The translations under genes were made by a program, and so were the position numbers. A stretch of 64,000 nucleotides of DNA, taken from the NCBI GenBank assembly GCA_965206985.1, contig CBDBLF010000011.1, positions 477,320 through 541,319 on the forward strand, in the 5' to 3' direction. Of this stretch, positions 48,136 through 60,419 are shown one piece after another. The stretch comes from Spirochaetota bacterium (GTDB lineage: Bacteria; Spirochaetota; Leptospiria; Turneriellales; CBDBES01). A model generated the notes under the pieces. That model was not told the DNA's origin. It saw only the letters and a list, made by a program, of their open reading frames with translations, and did no database searches. Positions within the stretch are counted from its first letter, which is position 1. Each line of letters opens with the position of its first letter.

Positions 48136-48920
48136 AACAAAGTAAATCTCCATTAATTTGGTATGGTTTGCTTGTTTTTTCAATCAGTGGGATATGTGTA
48201 GCCAGTTATTTAATCTATGATATTCTAAACCCAAGAAAGGATTGGTCAATTGAACTCATCGGCAATTTAGACGCTGGTCAAAAAAAAGAAATTGAAGAGA
48301 CAGTTCGTTATTTTATTAAACTAAATAAAAACAGAGCCAACAAAAGCTCCTTAAAAGAAATACTCAAGCTCAACCCTCGGGTGAGTGAAATTATGGATAT
48401 CACAATTTCTTCCCGAAAGAAAATAGTGATTGAACTAAAGCTTAAAGAAACAGCCTATGTATACCATAATCCGCAAAGTTATCAATTCCAAGAGTTTTCA
48501 CTTGAAGAAGAAACTCTTGAAGCAGAAATGAATAATTTTCATAAAATTGATAAAAAAATACCAATTTTATGTTTGACAAAAAGTCTCCCCTCTAAAGAGA
48601 ATCTCAGATATACTCCGGGTGGTTTTTCGTATGCTAAAATGAGAAGAGACATAATGTCGACTTTTGGGAGAACAAAAATTGATTATGGGTTTGTTTGGCA
48701 GTATATTTCTGAGATTTGTCTTGGTAGAAGCCCCTATCGTTATACGATTTATTCGAGCCACACACGTTCTCGTATTCAAACGAATGATAAATTTGATATG
48801 GGTTTGATTCGAAGACTTTGGTCAATTTTCTATTACCTAGAAAAAAACTTTAAAGCGAAGTCTACAGAAGTTAAGCTGAATCAGTATAATGCTCATATAA
48901 AAATTAATCGATTCTTTTGA
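48132..48920 (+). CDS. ftsQ: Cell division protein FtsQ-like (TM + POTRA)
   Basis: A single N-terminal TM, a POTRA-like segment, and a position immediately upstream of ftsA-ftsZ. Confidence 0.55.
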   Translation: MKQSKSPLIWYGLLVFSISGICVASYLIYDILNPRKDWSIELIGNLDAGQKKEIEETVRYFIKLNKNRANKSSLKEILKLNPRVSEIMDITISSRKKIVIELKLKETAYVYHNPQSYQFQEFSLEEETLEAEMNNFHKIDKKIPILCLTKSLPSKENLRYTPGGFSYAKMRRDIMSTFGRTKIDYGFVWQYISEICLGRSPYRYTIYSSHTRSRIQTNDKFDMGLIRRLWSIFYYLEKNFKAKSTEVKLNQYNAHIKINRFF

Positions 48921-48923
48921 GAC

Positions 48924-50147
48924 GTGCTTGAAAACGAAAAGATAATCGCTTCCACTGATATTGGCTCGTCAAAGGTAGTTGTCCTCATTGCTCGGATACT
49001 TTCCACCAAGGAAATTGAGCTAATCGGGATGGGAGTCGCTCAGAGTGATGGTATTAAGTCAGGCTCACTAACAAATATTGAGCAAACTGTTCTTGCTGTC
49101 CGTGAAGCAATTGAAGAGGCAGAAACATTAACAAATGTTGAAGTTAGCCAAGTACTCCTTAATATCACTGGTAAGCACGTTAAGGGTGATAATTCAATGG
49201 GGGTAATCGCTATTACCAATAGAGATAGAATTGTGAGAAGCCACGATATTTACCGGGTGATTGAAGCAGCACAATCTATTCGTGTTCCTACTGAATATGA
49301 AGTGCTTCACGTCTTATCTCGTGAATTCAAGGTAGATGACCAAAATGGAATCAAAGACCCTATGGGTATGGCTGGTATTCGGTTGGAAGCTGATGTGCAT
49401 GTTGTAACAGGTCATAAAACACACATTCACAACTTGGTAAAATCAGTACAAGAGTCTGGTGTGGGTGTTTCCGATCGTGTTTTAAGTTCGCTTGCAAGCA
49501 GTTACGCTCTACTAACCGAGGGTGAAAAAGAGTTAGGTGTTGCTGTCATTGACATTGGTGCTGGGATTACTGACATCATCGTATATATCGACGGAGGTAT
49601 TTTATATACTTCCACTATTTGCATGGGGGCCAACCTGATCACACACGATTTAAGTATTGGTCTTAAAACGACATTAAATCATGCTGAGATGCTTAAAAAA
49701 AACTATGGTTCTTCGCTTGCTTCTAACGTTGACCCAGGTGAAATAGTAGAAATTCCCGTTGTTGGAGCAAGACCATCTCGCTCGGTTTCCCGAAAAGAAT
49801 TGGTGGATATTATTGAAGCACGTGTAAAAGAGATGCTTCAACTTATTGATCATGAAATTATTAAGTCGGGCAAAAAAAGTTTACTTGCTGGTGGTGTAAT
49901 CCTTACAGGAGGAGGTGCCTTATTGAAAGATATTGCCTATACCTCAGAAGAGGTAATTGGTTTGAGCACTTCCATTGGTTATCCCCAGTTTCTCTCAGGA
50001 ATTTCTGATCGAATTTCTTCTCCCACTTTTAGTACGAGTGTTGGGCTTTTACGTTATGGTGCTCAGTATAACTCCTTTCAAAATAAGAGGAAAGGGGCGA
50101 GAAAGTTTTTATTAAAAATAAAAAGTTGGTTACAAGAAAATTTATGA
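48924..50147 (+). CDS. ftsA: Cell division protein FtsA
   Basis: Actin-like ATPase motifs (DIGSSKV, AVIDIGAGITD, ILTGGGALL). GTG start. Confidence 0.9.
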   Translation: MLENEKIIASTDIGSSKVVVLIARILSTKEIELIGMGVAQSDGIKSGSLTNIEQTVLAVREAIEEAETLTNVEVSQVLLNITGKHVKGDNSMGVIAITNRDRIVRSHDIYRVIEAAQSIRVPTEYEVLHVLSREFKVDDQNGIKDPMGMAGIRLEADVHVVTGHKTHIHNLVKSVQESGVGVSDRVLSSLASSYALLTEGEKELGVAVIDIGAGITDIIVYIDGGILYTSTICMGANLITHDLSIGLKTTLNHAEMLKKNYGSSLASNVDPGEIVEIPVVGARPSRSVSRKELVDIIEARVKEMLQLIDHEIIKSGKKSLLAGGVILTGGGALLKDIAYTSEEVIGLSTSIGYPQFLSGISDRISSPTFSTSVGLLRYGAQYNSFQNKRKGARKFLLKIKSWLQENL

Positions 50148-50186
50148 TAGACAAGCTTGAAGACATAATAATTAGTGGGAGGTTGT

Positions 50187-51341
50187 ATGCTTGCTTTTGA
50201 TGATTCAGAAAAATCTCCTGCGATAATTAAAGTCGTTGGTATTGGTGGTGCTGGCATGAATGCTGTGGAGCGAATTGTAGAGCTTGAATTGCGTGGTGTA
50301 GAGCTTATCGCGATGAACACAGATGAACAGGCACTCAATCGTTCGTCTGCAAATATCAAGTTGAGTCTTGGTAATAAAAGTAGTCGGGGCCTAGGAGCGG
50401 GGGCTGATCCCGATGTGGGTAGACAATCAACAGAAGAAGTGAGTGACGAAATTAAAAAGCTTCTTGCTGATTCTGATATCGTGTTTATTGCCGCCGGTAT
50501 GGGAGGTGGCACGGGAACAGGAGCCTCTCCCGTTGTGGCTTCCATTGCTAGAGATATTGGTGCTGTCACGGTCGGTGTCGTTACAATCCCATTTAAGTCA
50601 GAGGGTATTCAAAAGCGGGAGATCGCTAGAGACGGTCAAAATAAACTTCGTGAAAAAGTTGATACCCTAATTACAATTCCCAATGATTCTATCTTCAAAG
50701 TAGTTGACCGTAAGACTTCTTTCAAAATGGCTTTTAAAGCGATTGATGATGTTCTAGCAAAATCAGTGATTGGAATCAGTGATATTATTAATTCGACAGG
50801 GGATGTAAATGTTGATTTCGCCGACGTAAGAACGGTCATGAGCCGTAATGGCGATGCTGTGATCGGCGTCGGAGAAGGGAGTGGTGAAGACCGTGTCTCC
50901 GAAGCCCTTAAACAAGCGATTAATCATCCTCTGTTAGAAGGCAGAAGTATTGATGGGGCAACTGCCGTTCTTATCAACGTTGTCGCTGGCAGTGGTTTGA
51001 GTATGCATGAATATAACGAAGTATTGGAAGCCCTGAGAACTCAGGTTGCTGAGAAAGCTCAAATCATTAATGGTTTTCGCGAAGAACATAGTTTTGAAGA
51101 CCAATTATCGATTACAGTAATTGCCACCGGTTTTGAGAGGAAACGTGCAACAGATAAATTGAAACATGATAATATGGCAAAGTCTGATGGGATGCCACCT
51201 CTACGCAAAATTGATGGTGGCCACGGAATAAAAAAACAATACGAACAAACAGAAGGTTTTAACCAACAAGGCTTAAGTTTTCCTGACATCAAAGTCTCCG
51301 AAAAAAATTTTAATATTCCTGCTTTCTTGAGAAAAAAGTAG
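50187..51341 (+). CDS. ftsZ: Cell division GTPase FtsZ
   Basis: VVGIGGAGMNAV and AAGMGGGTGTGASPVVA (tubulin signature). GGGAGG lies 4 nt upstream of ATG 50187. Confidence 0.92.
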   Translation: MLAFDDSEKSPAIIKVVGIGGAGMNAVERIVELELRGVELIAMNTDEQALNRSSANIKLSLGNKSSRGLGAGADPDVGRQSTEEVSDEIKKLLADSDIVFIAAGMGGGTGTGASPVVASIARDIGAVTVGVVTIPFKSEGIQKREIARDGQNKLREKVDTLITIPNDSIFKVVDRKTSFKMAFKAIDDVLAKSVIGISDIINSTGDVNVDFADVRTVMSRNGDAVIGVGEGSGEDRVSEALKQAINHPLLEGRSIDGATAVLINVVAGSGLSMHEYNEVLEALRTQVAEKAQIINGFREEHSFEDQLSITVIATGFERKRATDKLKHDNMAKSDGMPPLRKIDGGHGIKKQYEQTEGFNQQGLSFPDIKVSEKNFNIPAFLRKK

Positions 51342-51377
51342 TCAAATTGAGCACTGCTTATCCATGTACCGTAACTA

Positions 51378-53297
51378 GTGCTATTTGCTTGCACCTTCTT
51401 TTCTTTTGTTATTGCCCATCTTTATTTTTGTGAATTTTATAAAATATCATTTTTTGTAAGTTTTCTTTTTTTATTTTTTCTCTCTATCCTGTTCAAATAT
51501 AAAGTTCTACTAAAAACAAAGCCCAACATATTGAAAGAGATCATCTCGATTTTAATGGGCATCCTATTGGGTCTGTCATATTCTATATATGTAAAGACTG
51601 AATATGCCGTGATTCAAAATATAAATCAAATTGAAAATACCCAGAGAGGGAGCATTCTTCAGGTCTCACAAAAATCAATGGTTATTGAATACAAATATGA
51701 ACAGAAAAGATATAGGTTGCGAGTTCTAACTGACACGAAAGAGTCGGAGCTATTGAAAGGTGATAAGATCACTTTTTCTTGTCACAAGATATTTCCAAAG
51801 AGGAAGAATATGTTTACGTTCACGCAGGATTTACAGAAAATTTCTAAAACGTGCCGAGGTCTCATTGAAAAAGAGGAAAACTTCTTACATTCCCCTTTAG
51901 AAGAATTAAGTATTTGGGTTACTGCTTGGCTGAAAAATAGATTGAAACAATTTCCCGAGGGGAGTTTGGCAGAAGGATTTATTTTGGCGGATACCACACG
52001 AATTCCTCAGCTGGAGATGCAACTTTTTAGAAAAATGGGAATTGCTCATCTCTTTGCCGCTTCAGGTTTGCATTTAGGTCTGTTATTTGCAATATGCTAC
52101 CTTCCATTTTTATGGTTAAAGATTCCTAGGTATGGTGAAGTATTTGGTTTTCTTTTTTGCACATTTTTTCTTATTCTTTTAGATTTTCCTGTTTCTCTTT
52201 TGAGGGCCTACCTGTTCCTCACAGTTTATTTGACTTTAAAGCTCATTGATCGCAAAACATCACCATTTTATATTTATTTTTTCGTCGCTTGTTTTTCGGA
52301 GTGGTTGAACCCGCTAAGTGCTTTCTCTTATTCTTTCATCTTATCATTTGGAATCACAGGTGTTATTCTACTCACGTTCCCTTTCTTCAAAGAAATCTTG
52401 CCCATTCGTTGGAGCTACTTAAGAGATCACTTCGCGTTGACTTTGGCGGCTTTTACTGGTTCATTATTTTTATCTGCCCTTCTCTTTGGGTATGTAAATG
52501 TGCTCTCTCTATTGTACAATTTTTTGTTAGTTCCTTTTGCGGGCATTTATCTTTTCCTTACTTTATTATCAATCCTTTTTCCTCCATTTTCGCCAGTTCT
52601 CTCTATTTTGGATCAGATTTTTCATTTGGGTGCCCAAGTTCATCAAGGCGTTTGGGAAAGGTTTTTTACAACCATTCATTTCACGATCACCACAATATGG
52701 TTATCTTTAATTTTTTTATTATTTATAGTTACTTGCTTGTTGATGATCAAGAAAAAAAAGTGGTATGCAAAGCGGTGGTTTCTTCCTGTAAGTGCAACTT
52801 TGTTGTTGCTTTATTACGTTCAGTTTTTTTCGATAAGCTACCCTCGTCTCGGTTTTAAAGCTTTTCCCTATGGGATTCTTTTTTATCAGAATAAGCAACT
52901 TTATGTTTTTGGAGAATTAGCATCTTTCATCAAAGAAGGTGGTGAAAGGTTTTTTACTCGGCCAGAAATACCAATCAAAAAGATATATGTTTCTTCACCC
53001 CACTTGACGGGGTTCGTCAAAAAGAATGCAGCACTTGATACTGAAAAGATTTATCCATTGTCTTTCAGGCGAGAATGGAATGTTCTTAAATTAAAGAATC
53101 ATTGTTTTCTTTTTATGAGCCGTAGGTTTAAAATAAAATATGCTTATAAAAATACAGAGTCATGTTCGTCAATTTACATCATCACCTCAAAGAAGAGAAA
53201 AAAAGACGCAAAGCGAGCCCACAAGCAATTAAGGCAAATGAGAAAAAATATCCATATTTCTACAAATACATATAGTCGTTGGTATTGGGAAAAATAA
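51378..53297 (+). CDS. comEC: ComEC/Rec2-family DNA-uptake channel protein (no obvious metallo-beta-lactamase motif)
   Basis: Competence domain GIAHLFAASGLHLGLL with many TM segments. The C-terminal ~170 aa lack an HxHxDH motif. Confidence 0.7.
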   Translation: MLFACTFFSFVIAHLYFCEFYKISFFVSFLFLFFLSILFKYKVLLKTKPNILKEIISILMGILLGLSYSIYVKTEYAVIQNINQIENTQRGSILQVSQKSMVIEYKYEQKRYRLRVLTDTKESELLKGDKITFSCHKIFPKRKNMFTFTQDLQKISKTCRGLIEKEENFLHSPLEELSIWVTAWLKNRLKQFPEGSLAEGFILADTTRIPQLEMQLFRKMGIAHLFAASGLHLGLLFAICYLPFLWLKIPRYGEVFGFLFCTFFLILLDFPVSLLRAYLFLTVYLTLKLIDRKTSPFYIYFFVACFSEWLNPLSAFSYSFILSFGITGVILLTFPFFKEILPIRWSYLRDHFALTLAAFTGSLFLSALLFGYVNVLSLLYNFLLVPFAGIYLFLTLLSILFPPFSPVLSILDQIFHLGAQVHQGVWERFFTTIHFTITTIWLSLIFLLFIVTCLLMIKKKKWYAKRWFLPVSATLLLLYYVQFFSISYPRLGFKAFPYGILFYQNKQLYVFGELASFIKEGGERFFTRPEIPIKKIYVSSPHLTGFVKKNAALDTEKIYPLSFRREWNVLKLKNHCFLFMSRRFKIKYAYKNTESCSSIYIITSKKRKKDAKRAHKQLRQMRKNIHISTNTYSRWYWEK

Positions 53298-53443
53298 TAT
53301 TTTGCTGTCTTTGACTGTATTGAGTCTGTGCGAAAAATTATTATCAAAAAGATTTTCAGCGAAAATAGGTCAAAAACATGACCTGTGCTAGCAGTAAAAT
53401 TGTCAGTGAAAAAACCTATGAAAACCTCGTAAAATCAAACACA

Positions 53444-53471
53444 TAGGCTGTGTGGGAAATATGGTTGTCGC
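53444..53471. repeat. Dispersed repeat copy R3 (solo terminus)
   Basis: TAGGCTGTGTGGGAAATATGGTTGTCGC matches the termini of R1 and R2. Confidence 0.45.
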
Positions 53472-53780
53472 AATCAATATTTCTCTCATTCTAGCCCATG
53501 CAACGAATCTAAAGGAGTTACTATATCATCAAAAGAATGATTGACCATATTAAAGACCAAAAACTACTCTTTGTCTTATGAATGCGATCTGTCTCTCTAT
53601 TGTAGGAGATCGTAAACGAGGCTATCGAACAATCACCCGCACCAGGATGCAAAGTAAAAAAATAAGAAATCGAATGATAGCAACAATATCTTGCCCAGCT
53701 TCTCTCTATTTTAAGACACTATGCTTTTTTGCTTTACCCGTTTCGTGACGAGAACATGATGGAGGTAGTTCAATAGCTGT

Positions 53781-55274
53781 ATGTCTGAAGAATTTTTAAT
53801 TACAATTGATCAAGGGACGACAGGTTCTCGGATTTTTCTTTTTAACAAGCGGGCACAGGTTATATCTTCTGCGTACGAAGAGTTCACTCAGCACTTTCCA
53901 TATCCTGGGTGGGTTGAGCACGATGCGAATGAAATATGGAATTCAATCGAGCGTTTACTTGATAAAGCACTGCAAAGCGGTAATGTGAATCCTAAAAAAG
54001 CGATTTCCATTGGGGTCACCAACCAGCGTGAGACCACGGTTGTTTGGCATAAGAAAACAGGCCAGCCAATTCACAACGCCATTGTATGGCAGTGTCGTCG
54101 TACAGCAGACTTTTGTCAGAAGCTCAAAGAATCCGGAAAAGAACCACTGGTGCATTCAAAGACAGGTCTTGTACTTGACGCATACTTTTCAGCAACAAAA
54201 ATTCGTTGGCTTCTTGATAACGTGAATGGTGCTAGAGAGCAGGCAAAAAAAGGAGAACTCATGTTTGGCACGATAGACACCTTCCTGCTTCACCGTTTGA
54301 CAAACGGAGGATCCCACAAAACAGACCATACCAATGCTTCGCGGACTATGCTGTATGATATTCATAAAAAACAATGGGATACTGAATTATCTAGGCTGTT
54401 TGATGTTCCCATGTCTATTTTGCCTGAGGTTCAGAATTCAGCTTCACTTTTTGGTAAAACCAGAGCCTTGAAGTCTCTACCAGACGGCATACCGATACAT
54501 TCGATGGTGGGAGACCAACAGTCTGCCTTATTTGGCCAGTTGTGCTTTCGTAAAGGCGACATAAAAAACACTTATGGAACGGGGTGTTTTATGCTTATGA
54601 ACACTGGAAATCAATATTTTGAGAGCAAGAGCGGTTTGGTGAGTACGATTGCTTGTGATGAACAAGGAGCCCCTGCGTACGCTCTTGAAGGGAGTGTTTT
54701 TATTGGAGGGGCCGTTATGCAGTTTTTACGAGACTCTTTTCATTTTTTCAAAGATGTTTCAGAAACAGAAGAGGCAGCTTTATCCGTAAGTGATGACGAC
54801 GAGATTGTATTTGTCCCCGCTTTTGCGGGTCTAGGGGCGCCCCATTGGGACCAAGATGCTCAAGGTGCTATTTTTGGCCTCACTCGGGGCACCAGCATGC
54901 AGCAAATTGTGAGATCAGCCTTGAAGGCGATTGCTCTTCAATCTAAAGAACTTTTTGACGCAATGCAGAAAGATGTTAATATGAAAGTAGCGATTCTTAA
55001 AGTCGATGGAGGAGCGACAAAAAATAAATATCTTATGAAATATCAAGCCTCCATTTTAGGTGTTCCGGTTGTTTTACCTCGTAATATAGAGACAACCGTT
55101 CTAGGGGCGGCTTATCTTGCTGGTCTTTCCTCTGGGTTCTGGGGTTCCCTTGAGGATCTGGAAAAATTGAACCCTCCTTCTGAAAAGTTTGCACCAGATA
55201 TGTTCACAGAAAAGGAGATAAAAAAAGAATTGCGGTTATGGGATAGGGCATTGAGAAGAGTCAGGTTACATTAA
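53781..55274 (+). CDS. glpK: Glycerol kinase
   Basis: IDQGTTGSR, GVTNQRETTVVW, YGTGCFML, VDGGATKN. Confidence 0.9.
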   Translation: MSEEFLITIDQGTTGSRIFLFNKRAQVISSAYEEFTQHFPYPGWVEHDANEIWNSIERLLDKALQSGNVNPKKAISIGVTNQRETTVVWHKKTGQPIHNAIVWQCRRTADFCQKLKESGKEPLVHSKTGLVLDAYFSATKIRWLLDNVNGAREQAKKGELMFGTIDTFLLHRLTNGGSHKTDHTNASRTMLYDIHKKQWDTELSRLFDVPMSILPEVQNSASLFGKTRALKSLPDGIPIHSMVGDQQSALFGQLCFRKGDIKNTYGTGCFMLMNTGNQYFESKSGLVSTIACDEQGAPAYALEGSVFIGGAVMQFLRDSFHFFKDVSETEEAALSVSDDDEIVFVPAFAGLGAPHWDQDAQGAIFGLTRGTSMQQIVRSALKAIALQSKELFDAMQKDVNMKVAILKVDGGATKNKYLMKYQASILGVPVVLPRNIETTVLGAAYLAGLSSGFWGSLEDLEKLNPPSEKFAPDMFTEKEIKKELRLWDRALRRVRLH

Positions 55275-56201
55275 ATGATTTTAGTTATTGGAACCGTTGC
55301 TCTTGATACGGTAAAAACACCGTTTGGCGGAAAAAATAGAATATTGGGTGGTTCGGCCAGCCATTTCTCCGTTGGGGCCTCTTTTATGGCTCCTGTAAAT
55401 ATCATAAGTGTCATCGGAAATGATTTTCCTCAAAAACACCTTGACTATTTCAACGAGAAAAAAATTGATACTTCTGGTATTAAAAGGTTTAATAAGCCTA
55501 CGTTTCACTGGAAGGGTCATTATGATTATGATCTTGATGTGGCCCATACCGATGAAACGGTATTAGGGGCATTGGCAGAATTCAGACCAGAACTCACCGA
55601 AAAAGAAAAAAAGGCAGAGTTTATTTTTTTGGGCAATATCGACCCTTCCCTTCAGATTGAAGTGTTAGATCAAGTTCAGAAGCCTCTTTTTGTGGGTATG
55701 GATTCCATGAACTATTGGATTGAATCAAAAGCCAAAGAGATTTGGGAGGTTATTAAAAAAGTGGATGCTCTTTTTTTAAATGACGCTGAGATCAGACAGC
55801 TAGCAAATGAACCATCTCTAATCAAGGCTGCGAACAAGGTACAAAAGAAAGGGCCAAAAATTGTTGTTGTTAAATGTGGTGAACATGGAGTTTTGGTTGT
55901 ATCTAAAAACTTTATTTTTTCATCAAGTGCTTATCCCACAGAAAAGGTGAAAGACCCCACCGGTGCAGGGGATAGTTTTGCTGGTGGTTTTGTCTCCTAC
56001 ATGCACCTCAAAGTAATTTTAAATGATAAGAGTTTTCAGTTTGAAGAAATCGTTAAGCAGGCAGTGATTTGGGGAGCGAGCGTTGCCAGCTTTTGCGTGG
56101 AGAATTTTTCGACGAATGGATTGGATAAAATAACCGAAACAAAAATATTAAAACGATGTCATGAAATACATGATATTACAAAATTCACAAAACACGGATG
56201 A
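55275..56201 (+). CDS. PfkB-family carbohydrate kinase
   Basis: DPTGAGDSFAGGF signature, 308 aa. Confidence 0.75.
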   Translation: MILVIGTVALDTVKTPFGGKNRILGGSASHFSVGASFMAPVNIISVIGNDFPQKHLDYFNEKKIDTSGIKRFNKPTFHWKGHYDYDLDVAHTDETVLGALAEFRPELTEKEKKAEFIFLGNIDPSLQIEVLDQVQKPLFVGMDSMNYWIESKAKEIWEVIKKVDALFLNDAEIRQLANEPSLIKAANKVQKKGPKIVVVKCGEHGVLVVSKNFIFSSSAYPTEKVKDPTGAGDSFAGGFVSYMHLKVILNDKSFQFEEIVKQAVIWGASVASFCVENFSTNGLDKITETKILKRCHEIHDITKFTKHG

Positions 56202-56665
56202 ACAGAAGCCCTCGTCGTTTTACTCATCAAGATTTAGAATCTTTTTTTTTAAATTGTACTAAAAATTGGAAAAATCCATCTTGGGGGGCTAATTTCCGAA
56301 GTTACCAGATCATGGATATACGAAAGGTTTGGGAGTTGGTTGCAAGCCCCTCTCTAGCCGTTCATTCTTTCCCTCAAGAAATTAAGAGAGACACACTCTG
56401 GGTTCAAACAGATCATAGTGTTTTTTCTCAAAGTGTTAAAATGCTTGAGAAAAAAATTTTACAGCGATTATATAAAGAAAGCGGTATTCTTTTAAAGAAA
56501 ATTCATACTACGATAAACTCAAGTACGGCGAATTTGACTCGTAAACAAATGGGGGATCAAAAAGATTATATAAAAAGACGAGACGTTATGTCATCTCCTA
56601 AGAAAGTGACTGATCAGGAGGTTAAGTTTGAGGAATTTGTTGAAAAAATCTCCAAGCTAGCATAA
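56198..56665 (+). CDS. DUF721 (DciA-like) protein
   Basis: Small protein immediately upstream of gyrB, with a ...TLWVQTDHSVFSQSVKMLEKKILQRL segment typical of DUF721. The call rests partly on position. Confidence 0.5.
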   Translation: MNRSPRRFTHQDLESFFLNCTKNWKNPSWGANFRSYQIMDIRKVWELVASPSLAVHSFPQEIKRDTLWVQTDHSVFSQSVKMLEKKILQRLYKESGILLKKIHTTINSSTANLTRKQMGDQKDYIKRRDVMSSPKKVTDQEVKFEEFVEKISKLA

Positions 56666-58588
<1,923 letters not shown>

Positions 58589-58598
58589 AGTTCTAGCC

Positions 58599-60419
58599 TC
58601 ACATGTAGGCTTTATGAAAAAACGTTGACTCCTTAACCTTATCTAAACGGCATAGCGATTTTTCTAAAGCCTTTTTTGATGCCGAGGAGCCTGAAAAGCT
58701 CATGACCAATCGATCGCGTTTGTCATGAAAAAATCGATTTAGCCTAGAATAGGGAAATGGATTCATCACCGTTAAAAAAGTAACGGGTGGTCGACCTTTA
58801 GAACGGAGAAATTTTTTGAGAGAGAGGTTTAGGTCGTGTGATTTGTGCAAGATAATAATTTCTTGAAAATTATTATTCGACTCCAACAATTCTGATGTGA
58901 TTGGGTTTGGTTGCATATAAGAAGCTAGTGCGTCAAAAGAAAAATAAATTTCTGCAAAATTTTCTTTGGTTAGGCAATGAAACTTTCTTTTGGGAACATC
59001 TGTTACGAGTAGACTTTTACTAAGGGGCATATTGCGGGCTCGACCTCTGATGTAACGAATGGCATCTTGAGAAAGAGCTTCATTAATTTCTTGAGGAGCT
59101 GGAGCTTCTTTTGCTAACTTTCTTTTCTTTTTTTGGTTTGCCTCGTAGTATTTCATAATATAGGTCATTGCTTTTCTTATGTTTTTTTTCTCTTTGGTGA
59201 TGGATTCTGTGGATTTTAGAGCGAATAGCCTATTTTTGAGTTGACTTTCATAAAGACCCAGCTTTAATTTATAGGTGAGTATTTTTTTCACTGAGTGAGT
59301 GATCTTTCTTCTAAAATCAGGTTCTTTGATCTTCATAAGCAAAAAATCAAAAATTAAAGGCGCAAAGATATCAATACCTGAAGCCAGAAGGAGGATATCT
59401 GCTCCCGATTCTAAGGAGGTTTTAGCAGCACGCAGTGCACTTTTTTGGTTCAAGACGGGTGTGACTGCACGCATACCTAGGTCATCTGTGATAATCAGGC
59501 CCTTAAAGTTTAATTTTTTACGGAGATATGTTTGCAACCAATAAGTAGAAAAAGGAACAATCTTAGAATCAACTTTGGGTAGATAAATATGACCGAGCAT
59601 AATGCTTGAGGTTAATTGAGAAAGAGAGCGAAAAGGGACAAGCTCTTGCAATTCAAGTTGAGAGAGACTTTTTTCCACCACAGGCAGTTCCTTATGAGAA
59701 TCAAGAAGAGTGCCACCATGTCCCGGGAAGTGCTTGAGGGTACTCATGCAACCCCCATCGTGAAGGCCGTGAACGTAATTCCATAAAATTTTGGAAACCA
59801 ACTTTGGACTTTCTCCGAAAGATCTTGTTCCGATCACGGGGTTTTCAGAATTGTCGTGAATATCGGCAACAGGTGCTAGCGGCCAATTAATATTTAATTT
59901 TTTCAGATCAGAACAACTATGGAAGCCTACCCAATATATTTGCTTAAAATTTTTATTTGCTTCTATAGCATACCCCATGGCCATGGCACTCGGAAATTCA
60001 TGAACGCCTTCTGTGATTCTTTGGACTCTTCCAAACTCTTGATCGGTTGCCACAAAAGGAGGAGGGGCACCTATCTCTTGTAATTGTTGTATGATCCGCT
60101 CAAGCTTTTTTCGCAAACTTTTGATTTCTTGTTTACCATTCTTTGTAGGTATGCTCATCTTTTGCAAAAAAAGGCTTCCTGGTTGAATTTCAAATATTGT
60201 ATCCATGTTTTTACCTGGGAGATAAAGAAAAAAAATCTGCCCCAGCATTGCCCGCTCATCAAGCTCACTGAGTAAATGCTCAGCGACTTGGTCAAATGCC
60301 TGAGTTAGTTTTTTAGCTTTACACCATGTGATGAAATAAAAAAGAGAGATCAAAACAAACAAAATGAATAATGTGAGAAATATCTTTTTCATATATATTG
60401 TCTTTACTCTACGACCCAC
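58599..60419 (-). CDS. Membrane-anchored glycoside hydrolase family 3 (NagZ-like beta-N-acetylhexosaminidase) with C-terminal extension
   Basis: KHFPGHGG and ITDDLGMRA motifs plus an N-terminal TM. The likely start is MKKIFL at 60392. Confidence 0.75.
   Translation of the reverse strand: MGRRVKTIYMKKIFLTLFILFVLISLFYFITWCKAKKLTQAFDQVAEHLLSELDERAMLGQIFFLYLPGKNMDTIFEIQPGSLFLQKMSIPTKNGKQEIKSLRKKLERIIQQLQEIGAPPPFVATDQEFGRVQRITEGVHEFPSAMAMGYAIEANKNFKQIYWVGFHSCSDLKKLNINWPLAPVADIHDNSENPVIGTRSFGESPKLVSKILWNYVHGLHDGGCMSTLKHFPGHGGTLLDSHKELPVVEKSLSQLELQELVPFRSLSQLTSSIMLGHIYLPKVDSKIVPFSTYWLQTYLRKKLNFKGLIITDDLGMRAVTPVLNQKSALRAAKTSLESGADILLLASGIDIFAPLIFDFLLMKIKEPDFRRKITHSVKKILTYKLKLGLYESQLKNRLFALKSTESITKEKKNIRKAMTYIMKYYEANQKKKRKLAKEAPAPQEINEALSQDAIRYIRGRARNMPLSKSLLVTDVPKRKFHCLTKENFAEIYFSFDALASYMQPNPITSELLESNNNFQEIIILHKSHDLNLSLKKFLRSKGRPPVTFLTVMNPFPYSRLNRFFHDKRDRLVMSFSGSSASKKALEKSLCRLDKVKESTFFHKAYM

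Noticed and set aside
50078-50569. 163-aa ORF antisense to ftsZ, plus other long internal or alternative-frame ORFs (for example 52289-52858 within comEC and 29660-30019 within rpoD).
   Set aside because: They overlap strongly supported genes, have biased Pro/Ser/Ala or Phe/Ser composition typical of off-frame translation, and lack independent support.
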